Below, one piece after another: positions 17,511 through 26,732 of a stretch of DNA of 64,000 nucleotides; the stretch's first letter is position 1; the number at the start of each line of letters is the position of its first letter. The DNA lies in contig JAWKRX010000021.1 in the NCBI GenBank assembly GCA_041389425.1, forward strand, positions 16,075-80,074, given 5' to 3'. Position numbers and translations under genes: made by a program. The stretch is from Myxococcota bacterium (GTDB lineage: Bacteria > Myxococcota_A > UBA9160 > UBA4427). The notes beneath the pieces were generated by a model. That model worked only from the letters and a program-made list of their open reading frames with translations. It was not told the origin of the DNA and made no database searches.

Positions 17511-18779
17511 CTAGCGCAGAGAATCGACCTTCACGACCTTCGTCTTCGGCTTGCCCGGCGCGGAGATCGGAAAGAGGTAGCGCCAGTACATGTGGCCCTT
17601 CGCCCGCCCTTCCGTGTCCAGCCAGTTCGGGACGCCGGGATCGCGATGGGCGACGACGATCCGGTAGCTGCCGTCCTTCTCGTACTCGACCTGGTTGCGG
17701 TTCAGCGAGATGCGGCGATTCGCGTAGTCGTAGCTCTGCATGAAGGCGTTCCAGAGCACGACGTTCGCGAAGCGACACTCCGGGAAGCGGCCCGTGATGA
17801 CGAGCGCCTCGTCGGGCGCGAGCTCGTAGTTGGCCGAGGCGTACCAGGCATGCGTATTGCCGTAGGCGTTCTGGCCGGAGGCCGAGCGCCACTGGCCGGC
17901 GGGGTTGAACTGGTTGGGGACGAGCGAGGTCCAGCCGAGCTGCTTCGCCATCTCGGGGGACGTCTTGCGAAACGTCATCGCGCTGTGGTCGCGCACGAAG
18001 TTCGCGACCCATTGCAGCCGGGCGGCGTTGCGGGCATCGCCGCCGTTCGGCGCGAGCGGCTCGGGATCGAGGACCTCGATCGCGATCGGGATGACGCGCC
18101 CGGGGATCGTCGCGACGCTCTGGCGGGACTCGTGATAGTGGCGCGTGGTGATCTGGCTGGAGTTGGGGCCCAGCCGCAGCCAGTTGCCGGAGGCGGGCTT
18201 CGTCTGGCTCACGATGATCTCGTAGGAGCCGTCGCTGTTGATCTCCATCTCGTCGTCGCCGAGCGCCGCCGACGAGCCGCGCGCCGCATGGCCCTCGGCC
18301 GAGCCGTCCTCGATGGTGAACGACGTGAAGGTCGCGGCGCCGACGTTGCCCGTGACGCGATAGGTCTTGTCGGGGCGGATCGCGGCGAAGTAGTAGAGCG
18401 AGTCGGGATTGCAGCCGAGGAGCTTGCGCGTCGGCGTCACGTAGGGCTTGAAGACGGGCCGGTCGAGATCGGCCTCGAGCCAGAACTCGAGCCCGGTATG
18501 CAGGATGTGGGCGATCGCGCGCTCGGCCTCGGCGAGCTCGGCCGGATCGGTGAAGCCGGCTTCCGGGGTCAGCAGCTTCGACTCGACTTCGCGGATCACG
18601 TCGAAGATCGCGTGCATCGCCTCGCGGGATGCGATTCCGCCCGAGGCCGAGCCCGAGGCGGAGGCCGCGCCGTGGCTGTCGGCCCGCGCCGTGCCCGCGG
18701 CGAGGCCGCCGAAGCTCGCGAGCCCTGTCGCCATGCCGCCCGCCACGCCCACGCTCCGGATGAATTCGCGCCGATCCAT
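17511..18779 (-). CDS. Tat-exported DUF1214-like protein
   Basis: I chose ATG at 18779 (MDRREFIRSVGVAGGMATGLASFGG, a twin-arginine signal). It is preceded by GGAGG 6-7 nt upstream. The C-terminus 'FANVVLWNAFMQSYDY...DGSYRIVVAHRDPGVPNWLDTEG...YWRYLFP' matches the DUF1214 pattern. Confidence 0.75.
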   Translation of the reverse strand: MDRREFIRSVGVAGGMATGLASFGGLAAGTARADSHGAASASGSASGGIASREAMHAIFDVIREVESKLLTPEAGFTDPAELAEAERAIAHILHTGLEFWLEADLDRPVFKPYVTPTRKLLGCNPDSLYYFAAIRPDKTYRVTGNVGAATFTSFTIEDGSAEGHAARGSSAALGDDEMEINSDGSYEIIVSQTKPASGNWLRLGPNSSQITTRHYHESRQSVATIPGRVIPIAIEVLDPEPLAPNGGDARNAARLQWVANFVRDHSAMTFRKTSPEMAKQLGWTSLVPNQFNPAGQWRSASGQNAYGNTHAWYASANYELAPDEALVITGRFPECRFANVVLWNAFMQSYDYANRRISLNRNQVEYEKDGSYRIVVAHRDPGVPNWLDTEGRAKGHMYWRYLFPISAPGKPKTKVVKVDSLR

Positions 18780-18847
18780 TCTTCGATCCTCCTTCGATTT
18801 CGGTCTTCGAGTCCGACCGCCAACGATGGACGGCCGGAGAGCGGAAT

Positions 18848-19789
18848 TCAATGGGGTCCGGGCGATGGAGCATGGACCGTGAGCACCGGGCACGGCGCGT
18901 ATTCGACGACGCGGAGCGTCGTGCTCCCGAGGAGGAAGCGGCGCAGCGGCGAGCGGGTGTGGGTCGCGATCGCGATCACGTCGACGGATCGCTCGGCGGC
19001 GAGGGCGAGCACGACCTCCGAGGGATCGCCGCGCTCGATGATGGCCTCCACCTGGAAGCCACGACGGCGGAGGCGCTCGACCACCGGCCGCGCCGCGGCC
19101 TCGGCGAGCTCGCGGGCGTTCTCCACGAAATAGGGCGGCATCGCGTCGCCGAAGCCGGTGAAGGGAACGACGCTCGCGGCGAGGTGAAAGGCGTGGACCA
19201 GCAGGATCCGGCTCTCGGGGCTGCGCGCGAGGAGGTGGATCGCCGAGAAGAGCGCGCTCTCGGCCTCGTCCGTCAGGTCGGTGGGAAAGAGCAGCGTTCC
19301 GACGGGCTCGACCGGGCGGCGATCCTCGGGATGGATCGTGAGGACCGGCTGCTGCGCCGTGCGGACGACGGATTCGACGACGCTGCCGAGCAGCAGATGC
19401 TCGAAGCGCGTATGGCCCCGGGCGCCGATCGCGATCAGGTCCGCGCCGAGCGCATTCGCGCGCTCGGTGATGCGCTGGGCCGGAATGCCGTGCTCGAGAT
19501 GCGTCGACACGGCGATGCCGGCGGCGCGGACGCGCTCGGCCTCGCGCTGGAGCGCCTCGCTGGAGAGGTCGCTGAGGCGGCTCTCGTAGTCGGGCGGGAC
19601 GACCATCATCTCCGGCGAAGCGAGGGTCGGCAAATCGGGCTGGACGACGTGGACGAGCGCGATCTCGCTCTCGTGTCGGCGCGCGAGGTCGATCGCACGA
19701 TCGAGGACCTGCGATGCGGTCGGCGAGAAATCGGTCGCGACGACGATCCGCGCCAGGGGATCGTGGGCAAGGTCGACGGCGGTCGCCAT
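18848..19789 (-). CDS. Tandem universal stress protein (two UspA domains)
   Basis: 313 aa. The pattern 'IVVATDFS...', 'LIAIGARGHT..LLGSV', then 'LLFPTDLT...', 'VIAIATHTRS..LLGST' shows two Usp ATP-binding-type domains. Confidence 0.9.
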   Translation of the reverse strand: MATAVDLAHDPLARIVVATDFSPTASQVLDRAIDLARRHESEIALVHVVQPDLPTLASPEMMVVPPDYESRLSDLSSEALQREAERVRAAGIAVSTHLEHGIPAQRITERANALGADLIAIGARGHTRFEHLLLGSVVESVVRTAQQPVLTIHPEDRRPVEPVGTLLFPTDLTDEAESALFSAIHLLARSPESRILLVHAFHLAASVVPFTGFGDAMPPYFVENARELAEAAARPVVERLRRRGFQVEAIIERGDPSEVVLALAAERSVDVIAIATHTRSPLRRFLLGSTTLRVVEYAPCPVLTVHAPSPGPH

Positions 19790-19871
19790 GGCGGGCTCCT
19801 CTTCGATGCGGCCCCGGCGCGGGACCGAACCGGACGATCGATGCGGTGCGGCCCCTGCGGCTGCAGCCGTC

Positions 19872-20651
19872 TCAGCGCATCCCCACCCCGAGCGTTCCCC
19901 CGCGCGCCGCGCCGAAGACGCGGCGCAGGAGCGCGGTCGTCCGCGCCGCCGGATCCGCTCGGATGCGCCCCTCCTCTTCGGCGAGGCGGCCGAACAGCGC
20001 GGCGAGCGTCCGCTCGGAGACGTAGGCCTCGAGATCGACCGAAGCGGGCTTCACGAGCGGGATCCGATCGTAGGCCGCGCGCAGATCGTCGTAGATCGCG
20101 TAGAGCCCCACCTCGCGCATGGCGCCGGCCGCGACGGGCTCGAAGCGGCGCTGCAGCTCCGCCGAAGTCCGCACCTCGAAATAACGCGTCGCGGCATCGT
20201 TCTCGCCGTTCAGGATCGCGAAGGCATCCGCGATCGTCATCGATCCGATCGCCGACGCGAAGACTGGAACGGCCTCGCCCGCGGCCGTTTCCGCCGCCCG
20301 GTTCATCGCGTCCTCGAGCGCGTCGACCTGGCCGCCGAGTCCGACGCCGCGCAGCGTCTGGGCGAAGCGCCCGAGCTCACCGGGCAACCGCAGGCGCAGC
20401 GCGGGATTCGCGCCGAAGGCCCCGGCGGCCGAGAGGCTCGTCGTCGTGCGCTGGATGCCGACGTCGAGGGCCTGTCGCAGGCCGCTCGCGACCGTCGCCT
20501 CGTCGAGGGGGCCCGCCACGCCCGCCGGAAAGGCCGAGCCGAGATCGATGCCCTCGAATCCGGCGCAGCCGGGAACGAGCGAGAAGACGAGCATCGCGAA
20601 GCAGACGGCGAGCGGTCGCGGCGCGGCGGAACGGGAGGACGGGGCGATCAT
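19872..20651 (-). CDS. DUF4197-like lipoprotein
   Basis: 259 aa with signal peptide and lipobox 'FSLVPGC'. The helical body resembles DUF4197 periplasmic proteins ('ATVASGLRQALDVG', 'DAATRYF'). Confidence 0.65.
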   Translation of the reverse strand: MIAPSSRSAAPRPLAVCFAMLVFSLVPGCAGFEGIDLGSAFPAGVAGPLDEATVASGLRQALDVGIQRTTTSLSAAGAFGANPALRLRLPGELGRFAQTLRGVGLGGQVDALEDAMNRAAETAAGEAVPVFASAIGSMTIADAFAILNGENDAATRYFEVRTSAELQRRFEPVAAGAMREVGLYAIYDDLRAAYDRIPLVKPASVDLEAYVSERTLAALFGRLAEEEGRIRADPAARTTALLRRVFGAARGGTLGVGMR

Positions 20652-20824
20652 CGAGACCTCCGATGCGGGACCGACCGCGCGACTCTAGCGGATGCCGCTG
20701 CCGCACCGATCCGCGCCGCGCATGCCCCGATTCCGATCATCGCCCAACGCCCGGCGGGCCGTGGTCTGACGAACCCCGCCCGTGAGCCTTGTGGCCGCGC
20801 CGGAATCCCGGATCCTCCGGCCCC

Positions 20825-21724
20825 ATGCAGCAGCCGACCCATCCGAAGCCCATCCGCACCGCCCTCGTCACCGGCGCCTCCTCCGGCATCGGTGAGGCCA
20901 CGGCGCGCGCCCTCGCCCGAGAGGGTTATGCGCTCGCGCTGATCGCGCGCCGCAAGGACCGCCTCGATCTGCTCGTGAAGGAGATCGAGGCCGCCGGCGG
21001 CCGGGCGCTCGCGATCGCCGCAGACCTCGCCGAGGGCGACGCGACGGACCGGGCCGCCCGGGAGGCGCTCGCCTTTCTCGGCCGGCTCGACCTGCTCGTC
21101 AACAACGCGGGCTACAGCCCGGGCGCCGCGATCGAGCAGGTCTCGCGCCAGGATCTGCGTCACATCTTCGACGTCAACCTGCTCTCGGCGCTCCAGCTGA
21201 TCGGCGCGGTGACCCCGCCCATGCGCGCCCAGGGCGGCGGCCGGATCGTCAACGTCGGCTCCGTCGCGGCCCTCGTTCCGGCGCCCCTCGCGATCCCCTA
21301 CGCCGCGACCAAGATCGGCATGCACGCGGCGACCGATGCGCTCCGCCTCGAGCTCGGCCGCTTCGGGATCACCCTTTCGCTCGTCATCCCGGGCTTCGTC
21401 GATACCGCCGTCTTCGACAACGCGCGCACCGCGAGCCAGGCCCTGCGCGACGATCCCGGGAATCCCTACCGCCAGACGATGTTCGACCTCGACGAGCTCG
21501 CGATGAAGAACCTCGAGAACCCGCTGTCGCCGGACGACGTCGCGAAGGTGATCGTCCGCGCGGCGACCGACCGGCGGCCGAAGGCGCGCTACTACGCGCC
21601 GCGCTCGACGCTGCTGCAGAAGGTCTTCCTCGGGATGCTCCCGGCGCGGGGGCTCGACGCGATCCTGCGCCGGGTCTACAAGCTGCCGCGCCCGCGGCCT
21701 GCGGTGGCGCCGCCGCCGCTCTGA
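20825..21724 (+). CDS. Short-chain dehydrogenase/reductase (classical SDR)
   Basis: Carries 'ALVTGASSGIGEA' (TGxxxGxG), 'NNAG' and 'YAATK' (YxxxK). ATG 20825 is preferred over the upstream TTG 20789. Confidence 0.9.
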   Translation: MQQPTHPKPIRTALVTGASSGIGEATARALAREGYALALIARRKDRLDLLVKEIEAAGGRALAIAADLAEGDATDRAAREALAFLGRLDLLVNNAGYSPGAAIEQVSRQDLRHIFDVNLLSALQLIGAVTPPMRAQGGGRIVNVGSVAALVPAPLAIPYAATKIGMHAATDALRLELGRFGITLSLVIPGFVDTAVFDNARTASQALRDDPGNPYRQTMFDLDELAMKNLENPLSPDDVAKVIVRAATDRRPKARYYAPRSTLLQKVFLGMLPARGLDAILRRVYKLPRPRPAVAPPPL

Positions 21725-21772
21725 TCGGTCGGCGCGCTTCGCCGCTCGCGAAGGCGGCTCCGCGCGAACCGT

Positions 21773-23050
21773 TCAGCGCGAAGCGAACGGCTCGGCTTCG
21801 ATCCCGAAGCGCTCGCGATAGCCCTTGAACGCCGAGTCCACCTCGTCCGCGTCGAGCGAGAAATCCTCGAGGCTGTAGCGATGGGTCCCGAACTCGTCCT
21901 TCGGATGCCGGGCCAGATAGGCCTGCATGCGCTCGCGGGCGAGGGGCGTCAGCTCGAGATCGAAATGGCGGTAGATCTTCTCGACGCTCGCCATCGGCGC
22001 GCTCACGATCTCCCTCATCGAGAGATCGAGGATCTGCCGCTCCCGGTCGGGCCTGCGCGCGCGCGCTGCCATGCCCTGCTCGAGCAGCGTCGACCAGGTC
22101 CGGATCATCTGCCGTCCGACGCGCGCGGAATCGACGTCGTCGGAGGAGACCATCCGCATGGTGTACTCGAGGCTCGCGACCGAGGGCACGACACGGATCG
22201 GATCGCGGTGGGTCTGGATCAGCATCGCGTCGGGATAGACGTCGAAGAGCGCATCGATCGGCCCGAGATGGCCGGGGGATTTCAGGATCCAGCGCTCGCC
22301 CTTGTGGCGGTACTGCATGTGCTGCAGGAAGCGGCGGTGGTGTTGATAGGTCTCCGTCATGTCCTGCTGGAGCAGCCAGTCGTCGTAGGACGGGACGTCG
22401 AAGCACATCTGGAACCGGATGCTCATGAACTCCGAGGCCGTCGTCACGATGCATTCCTGGGGCATCAGCGCGCCGACGGGATGGATCGCCTGGAAGCCGG
22501 GGGCGAGGCGATTCACCTGCTCGAAGCGCTTGCGGGTCGCCTCGATGCGCGGGTCGGTCGCGTAGGTCGCGGTCTCGGCGGGGGGACACGGCGCGTCGAT
22601 CTCCCAGGAGAGCGGCGCGCGATGGGCGGGATCCTCGGCGAGCAGGCCGTAGAGCAGCGTCGTCCCGGTTCTCGGCAGACCGACGATGAAGAGCGGGCGG
22701 ACGATCTTCTCGTAGAGGACGGCGTGGTTGTGCTTGCGATAGTCGGCGAGCTGGAGCCGATGCGAGAGCAGCTCGAGGATCTGCCGCCGCGCGAAATAAC
22801 GCCCGAACAGATTGAGGCGCGCCTCGCTCTCGAGCGCCTCGACGAGCTTCACGAGCCCGGGGCGGAAGCTCGGAAGGCCGAGGTCGTAGAGCTTCATCTG
22901 CTTCTTCGCGGCCAGGATCAGGGCGCCCGGATCCAGATCGATCGGGACCACGCCGAATCGGGCGAGCCCGCGGCCGAGGGCGTTCATCGCCCGGATCGGG
23001 AGCGGACGGAAGGGCTTCGCCAGGTTGTTCGCGGGCTTTGCGTCGGCCAT
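21773..23050 (-). CDS. Sulfotransferase-family protein
   Basis: 425 aa. The 5'-PSB loop is 'GLPRTGTTLL' and the 3'-PB region is 'THRDPIRVVPS'. Confidence 0.85.
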   Translation of the reverse strand: MADAKPANNLAKPFRPLPIRAMNALGRGLARFGVVPIDLDPGALILAAKKQMKLYDLGLPSFRPGLVKLVEALESEARLNLFGRYFARRQILELLSHRLQLADYRKHNHAVLYEKIVRPLFIVGLPRTGTTLLYGLLAEDPAHRAPLSWEIDAPCPPAETATYATDPRIEATRKRFEQVNRLAPGFQAIHPVGALMPQECIVTTASEFMSIRFQMCFDVPSYDDWLLQQDMTETYQHHRRFLQHMQYRHKGERWILKSPGHLGPIDALFDVYPDAMLIQTHRDPIRVVPSVASLEYTMRMVSSDDVDSARVGRQMIRTWSTLLEQGMAARARRPDRERQILDLSMREIVSAPMASVEKIYRHFDLELTPLARERMQAYLARHPKDEFGTHRYSLEDFSLDADEVDSAFKGYRERFGIEAEPFASR

Positions 23051-23147
23051 CGACGGGCTTTCCAGTCTCGACTTGCGGTCTCGCGTTCTCGTCTGCGTCG
23101 CCGGCCGGCCGCGCCGGCGGACCGTGCCGGCAGATCCGCCCGCCGGG

Positions 23148-26100
23148 TCAATCGCGCGCGGCGCCCGCCCGGGCCCCGACGAGCTCGGCTTCCGCCTGGG
23201 CGAGCGCCTTCCGGTAGCCGGCGATCCGCGCGAGCTTGATCTCTTCGTAGCCGCGAACGCGATCGGGCAGCGCGGCCAACGCTAACGCGCTCGCGCGGTT
23301 TTCGCGCGTGATCCGGGGCAGGATCCGGTCGAGCACCGCGATGTATTCGCCGGGCAGGCGCCGCTCCTCGCGGCGGACGCGCGCCCAGCCGAAGACGTCG
23401 AAGGGCGTGCCGCGCAGGAAGCGCAGACGCGCGAGCATCCGCACGAGCGGCGCGGCCGCCGTATCGATCGCGAGCTTCCGGCGAAGCCCGAGCGCTCGCA
23501 GGATCGGCGGATGCAGCCACCAGGCCATCCGGCCCCGGGCGCCGGCGACGGCCCGGGCAGCCGCCATGCCGTCCGGATCGGTCATGAGGCGCGCGACTTC
23601 GTACTCGTCCTTGTAGGCGAGGAGCTTGAAGAGCGCGGCCGCGACCGCGGCGAGCAGCGCGTCGCGATCGGGCTCCGACGGCGTGGACATCGGAGGCGAG
23701 ATCGACCGTTCGGCGTGGGCGACGCGTTCGAGCACGTCGAGCCAGATCCCGATCGCCCGTTCGCCCGCACCCGATCCCCGGAACACACCGCCCCAGGCTT
23801 CGAGCTCCGCCGCATAACGCTCGAGCTCGGCGGCGAGGGGCGTGCCCGCCGGGGCGAGCGTTTCGATCCGAGCCGCACAGGCGCGCGACGGCCGGCGCGC
23901 CTCGGCGAGGATCGGCGATTCGCCGATGGCATCCTGCAGCGCCGCCCGCCGCGCGCGCTCGAGCGCCTCGGGCTCCGCGATCCGCGCGCGCCCCCAGCGG
24001 AAGGCCGCGACGTTCGCGTCGACGGAGACGCCGTTCAGCCGGATCGCCTCTTCAACCTTCGCCGGATCGATCGGCAGACAGCCGGCCTGCACCGCCATGC
24101 CGACCACGAAGATGTTGGCCGTCGTCGTCGAGCCGAAGAGATCCTGCGTCGCTGCCGCCGCATCGGCCCAGAAGCCCGCCTGGCTCCGGGTCCGTTCCGC
24201 GATGCGCTTGATCAGCCGGTCGGCGCTCGGCATCTCCAGCTCGGGGTGGGTGATCATGTCGCCGGTCGGCGTCGCGCTCGTCGAGCCGACGACGGTCGTG
24301 CGGCCGGGGTCGGCGGTGAGCAGGCCCTTCTCCGAGGCGGCGACGAGCTGATCGAAGGCGAGCAGCAGGTCGGCCTGTCCTTCGCCGATCCGGTTCGTCG
24401 CGGTCGGTGCGCTGCGCGAGAGGCGCAGATCGCTGACGACCGGGCCCGCCTTCTGGGAGAGGCCGATCTGATCGAGTCCGCGGACGTGAAATCCGTCGAG
24501 CATCGCCGCGGTGCCGAGGACCTGGGCGACGGTCACGACGCCGGTCCCGCCGATGCCGGTGATGCGAACGGCGAACTCGTCTTCGGGCACGATCCGCTCG
24601 ATCGGCGCGAAGGCTTCGGGCGCGGCGGGGAACGCGCGGCGCGGGCGGGCGGCCGGAGCGGCGGCGGGCGCCTCGGGCAGGGTGATGGTCACGAACGAAG
24701 GGCAGTCGCCCTCGAGGCAGGAGTAGTCGAGGTTGCAGCTCGTCTGATCGATCGTCGTCTTGCGGCCGAAGGGCGTCATGACGGGCTCGACCGAGAGGCA
24801 ATTGCTCACGCGGCCGCAATCGCCGCAGCCCTCGCAAAGGCGGTGATTGATGACGACGCGCTGGCGCGGCGTCTCGATCAGGCCGCGCTTGCGGGCGCGG
24901 CGCGCCTCGGCGGCGCAGGCCTGGTCGTGGATCAGGACCGTCGTACCCGGGATCTTCGCGAGCAGCTCCTGCGCCTCGAGCAGGCGATCCCGGCCCCAGA
25001 CGAGGGTGCCCGGCGGGAGGACGGAATCCGCATAGCGCGCGACGTCGTCGGTCGTGATCAGGATCCGCGCGACACCCTGACTGGCGAGGGTCGCGGCGAC
25101 CGCCGGAACCGGGAGCTGCCCCTCCGGATGCTGTCCGCCCGTCATCGCGACCGCCCCGTTGTAGAGGAGCTTGTAGGTCACGTTCACGCCGGCGGCGATC
25201 GAGGCCTGGATCGCGAGCTGGCCGGAATGGAAGTAGGTGCCGTCGCCGAGATTCTGGAAGAAATGTTCGCGCCCGACGAACGCCGACATGCCGATCCACT
25301 GCACGCCCTCGTTGCCCATGCAGCCGAGCCCGCCGATGTCGCCGACGCGCCGCTCGTCCATCAGCAGCGCCATCGTATGACAGCCGATGCCGGCGCCGAC
25401 CAGCGATCCCTTCGGAACCTCGGTGCTGCGGTTGTGCGGGCAGCCCGAGCAGAAGAAGGGCTTGCGCGCGACGGGCAGCTGGATGGGTGCCGGCGGCGCA
25501 TCCGGGCGCTCGGGCACGAGCCGGTCGCGCAGGCGCGCCCCGAGCCGGCGACGCAGCCGCGGAATCAGCAGATCGGCGTCGAGAGCGCCGTATCCGGGCA
25601 CGAGCCCGGCGCCGCTCTCGTCGAAGCGGCCGACGACGAGCGGGCGTTCGGCGACGTTGTAGAGCGCATCCTTCACGAGCGCTTCGAGGCCCGGGCGCTT
25701 CTCCTCGATCACGAAGACCTCGGAGAGACCGCGCGCGAACTCCCGGACCGTCTCCGGCTCGAACGGCATCGGCATGTTCATCTTCAACATGCGGATGCCG
25801 CAGGCGGCGATCTGCGCGTCCGTCGCGAGCCCGAGGCGCGCAAGGGCCTCGCGCACCTCCCGATAGGTGATCCCCGACGAGACCAGCCCGATCCAGGCTT
25901 CGCCGGGATCGACGACGGCGCGATTCAGGCGATTGAGCCGCGCATAACGGCGCGCGAGCTCGTAGCGGACCTCGATGATCTCGCGCTCGACCTCGAGGGT
26001 CCGCGGCGTCAGGAGCTCGCCATCGGCGCGATGCAGGTAGGGACGACCTTCCCGCTGCGGCAGCACGGGGACGATCCGCTCGGGATGCAGCTCGACGGTC

Positions 26101-26732
26101 GCCGTCGCATCCGCGACGTCGGCGACGATCTTGAGCGCGGCCCAGAGGCCCGTGACCCGCGAAAGCGCGATCGCATGACGGCCGAGATCGAGCGCCTCCG
26201 CGGGATCGCCGGGATAGAGCAGCGGGACGTGCATGTCGGTCAGGCTGCCCGCGGACGACGACGGGACCGTCGAGCTCTTCGCCGCGGGATCGTCCCCGAC
26301 GATCGCGACGGCACCGCCGTGCATCGAGGTCCCGGCGTAGACCGCATGGCGGAGCGCATCGCTGGCCCGATCGACGCCCGGCGCCTTGCCGTACCAGAGC
26401 CCGACGATCCCGTCGAAGCGGCAATCGGGCTGGGCCGCGGCGAGCTGCGAACCCATCACGGCGCTCGCGGCGAACTCCTCGTTCATGGCCGGCCGACAGA
26501 CGATCGGCAGCTCGGGCGCGAGGCGCGCAGCGTCGGCGATCGCGCGGTCGTAGCCCCCGAGCGGCGATCCGGGATAGCCCGAGACGAACGCCGCCGTGTT
26601 CAGGCCGCTGCGCCGGTCGACCCGCAGCTGCTCGAGGGGCAGGCGCGCGAGGGCCTGGATCCCCGTCAGGAAGACACGCCCCTCGTCGGCGAGATAGCGA
26701 TCGTCGAGGGCATAACTCCGCTTCGTCGTCAT
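23148..26732 (-). CDS. Indolepyruvate:ferredoxin oxidoreductase family protein (fused alpha/beta)
   Basis: 1194 aa. Supporting features are 'DDRYLADEGRVFLTGIQALARLPLEQ', 'SGYPGSPLG', a 4Fe-4S cluster motif 'CEGCGDCG' and a TPP-binding region 'GDGTYFHSG'. Confidence 0.9.
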   Translation of the reverse strand: MTTKRSYALDDRYLADEGRVFLTGIQALARLPLEQLRVDRRSGLNTAAFVSGYPGSPLGGYDRAIADAARLAPELPIVCRPAMNEEFAASAVMGSQLAAAQPDCRFDGIVGLWYGKAPGVDRASDALRHAVYAGTSMHGGAVAIVGDDPAAKSSTVPSSSAGSLTDMHVPLLYPGDPAEALDLGRHAIALSRVTGLWAALKIVADVADATATVELHPERIVPVLPQREGRPYLHRADGELLTPRTLEVEREIIEVRYELARRYARLNRLNRAVVDPGEAWIGLVSSGITYREVREALARLGLATDAQIAACGIRMLKMNMPMPFEPETVREFARGLSEVFVIEEKRPGLEALVKDALYNVAERPLVVGRFDESGAGLVPGYGALDADLLIPRLRRRLGARLRDRLVPERPDAPPAPIQLPVARKPFFCSGCPHNRSTEVPKGSLVGAGIGCHTMALLMDERRVGDIGGLGCMGNEGVQWIGMSAFVGREHFFQNLGDGTYFHSGQLAIQASIAAGVNVTYKLLYNGAVAMTGGQHPEGQLPVPAVAATLASQGVARILITTDDVARYADSVLPPGTLVWGRDRLLEAQELLAKIPGTTVLIHDQACAAEARRARKRGLIETPRQRVVINHRLCEGCGDCGRVSNCLSVEPVMTPFGRKTTIDQTSCNLDYSCLEGDCPSFVTITLPEAPAAAPAARPRRAFPAAPEAFAPIERIVPEDEFAVRITGIGGTGVVTVAQVLGTAAMLDGFHVRGLDQIGLSQKAGPVVSDLRLSRSAPTATNRIGEGQADLLLAFDQLVAASEKGLLTADPGRTTVVGSTSATPTGDMITHPELEMPSADRLIKRIAERTRSQAGFWADAAAATQDLFGSTTTANIFVVGMAVQAGCLPIDPAKVEEAIRLNGVSVDANVAAFRWGRARIAEPEALERARRAALQDAIGESPILAEARRPSRACAARIETLAPAGTPLAAELERYAAELEAWGGVFRGSGAGERAIGIWLDVLERVAHAERSISPPMSTPSEPDRDALLAAVAAALFKLLAYKDEYEVARLMTDPDGMAAARAVAGARGRMAWWLHPPILRALGLRRKLAIDTAAAPLVRMLARLRFLRGTPFDVFGWARVRREERRLPGEYIAVLDRILPRITRENRASALALAALPDRVRGYEEIKLARIAGYRKALAQAEAELVGARAGAARD

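Noticed and set aside
17511-18893. The full 460-aa version of the DUF1214 ORF, starting at 18893.
   Set aside because: It would overlap the 3' end of the upstream Usp gene by 46 nt and would add 38 non-signal-like residues. ATG 18779 gives a canonical twin-arginine signal and has GGAGG upstream.
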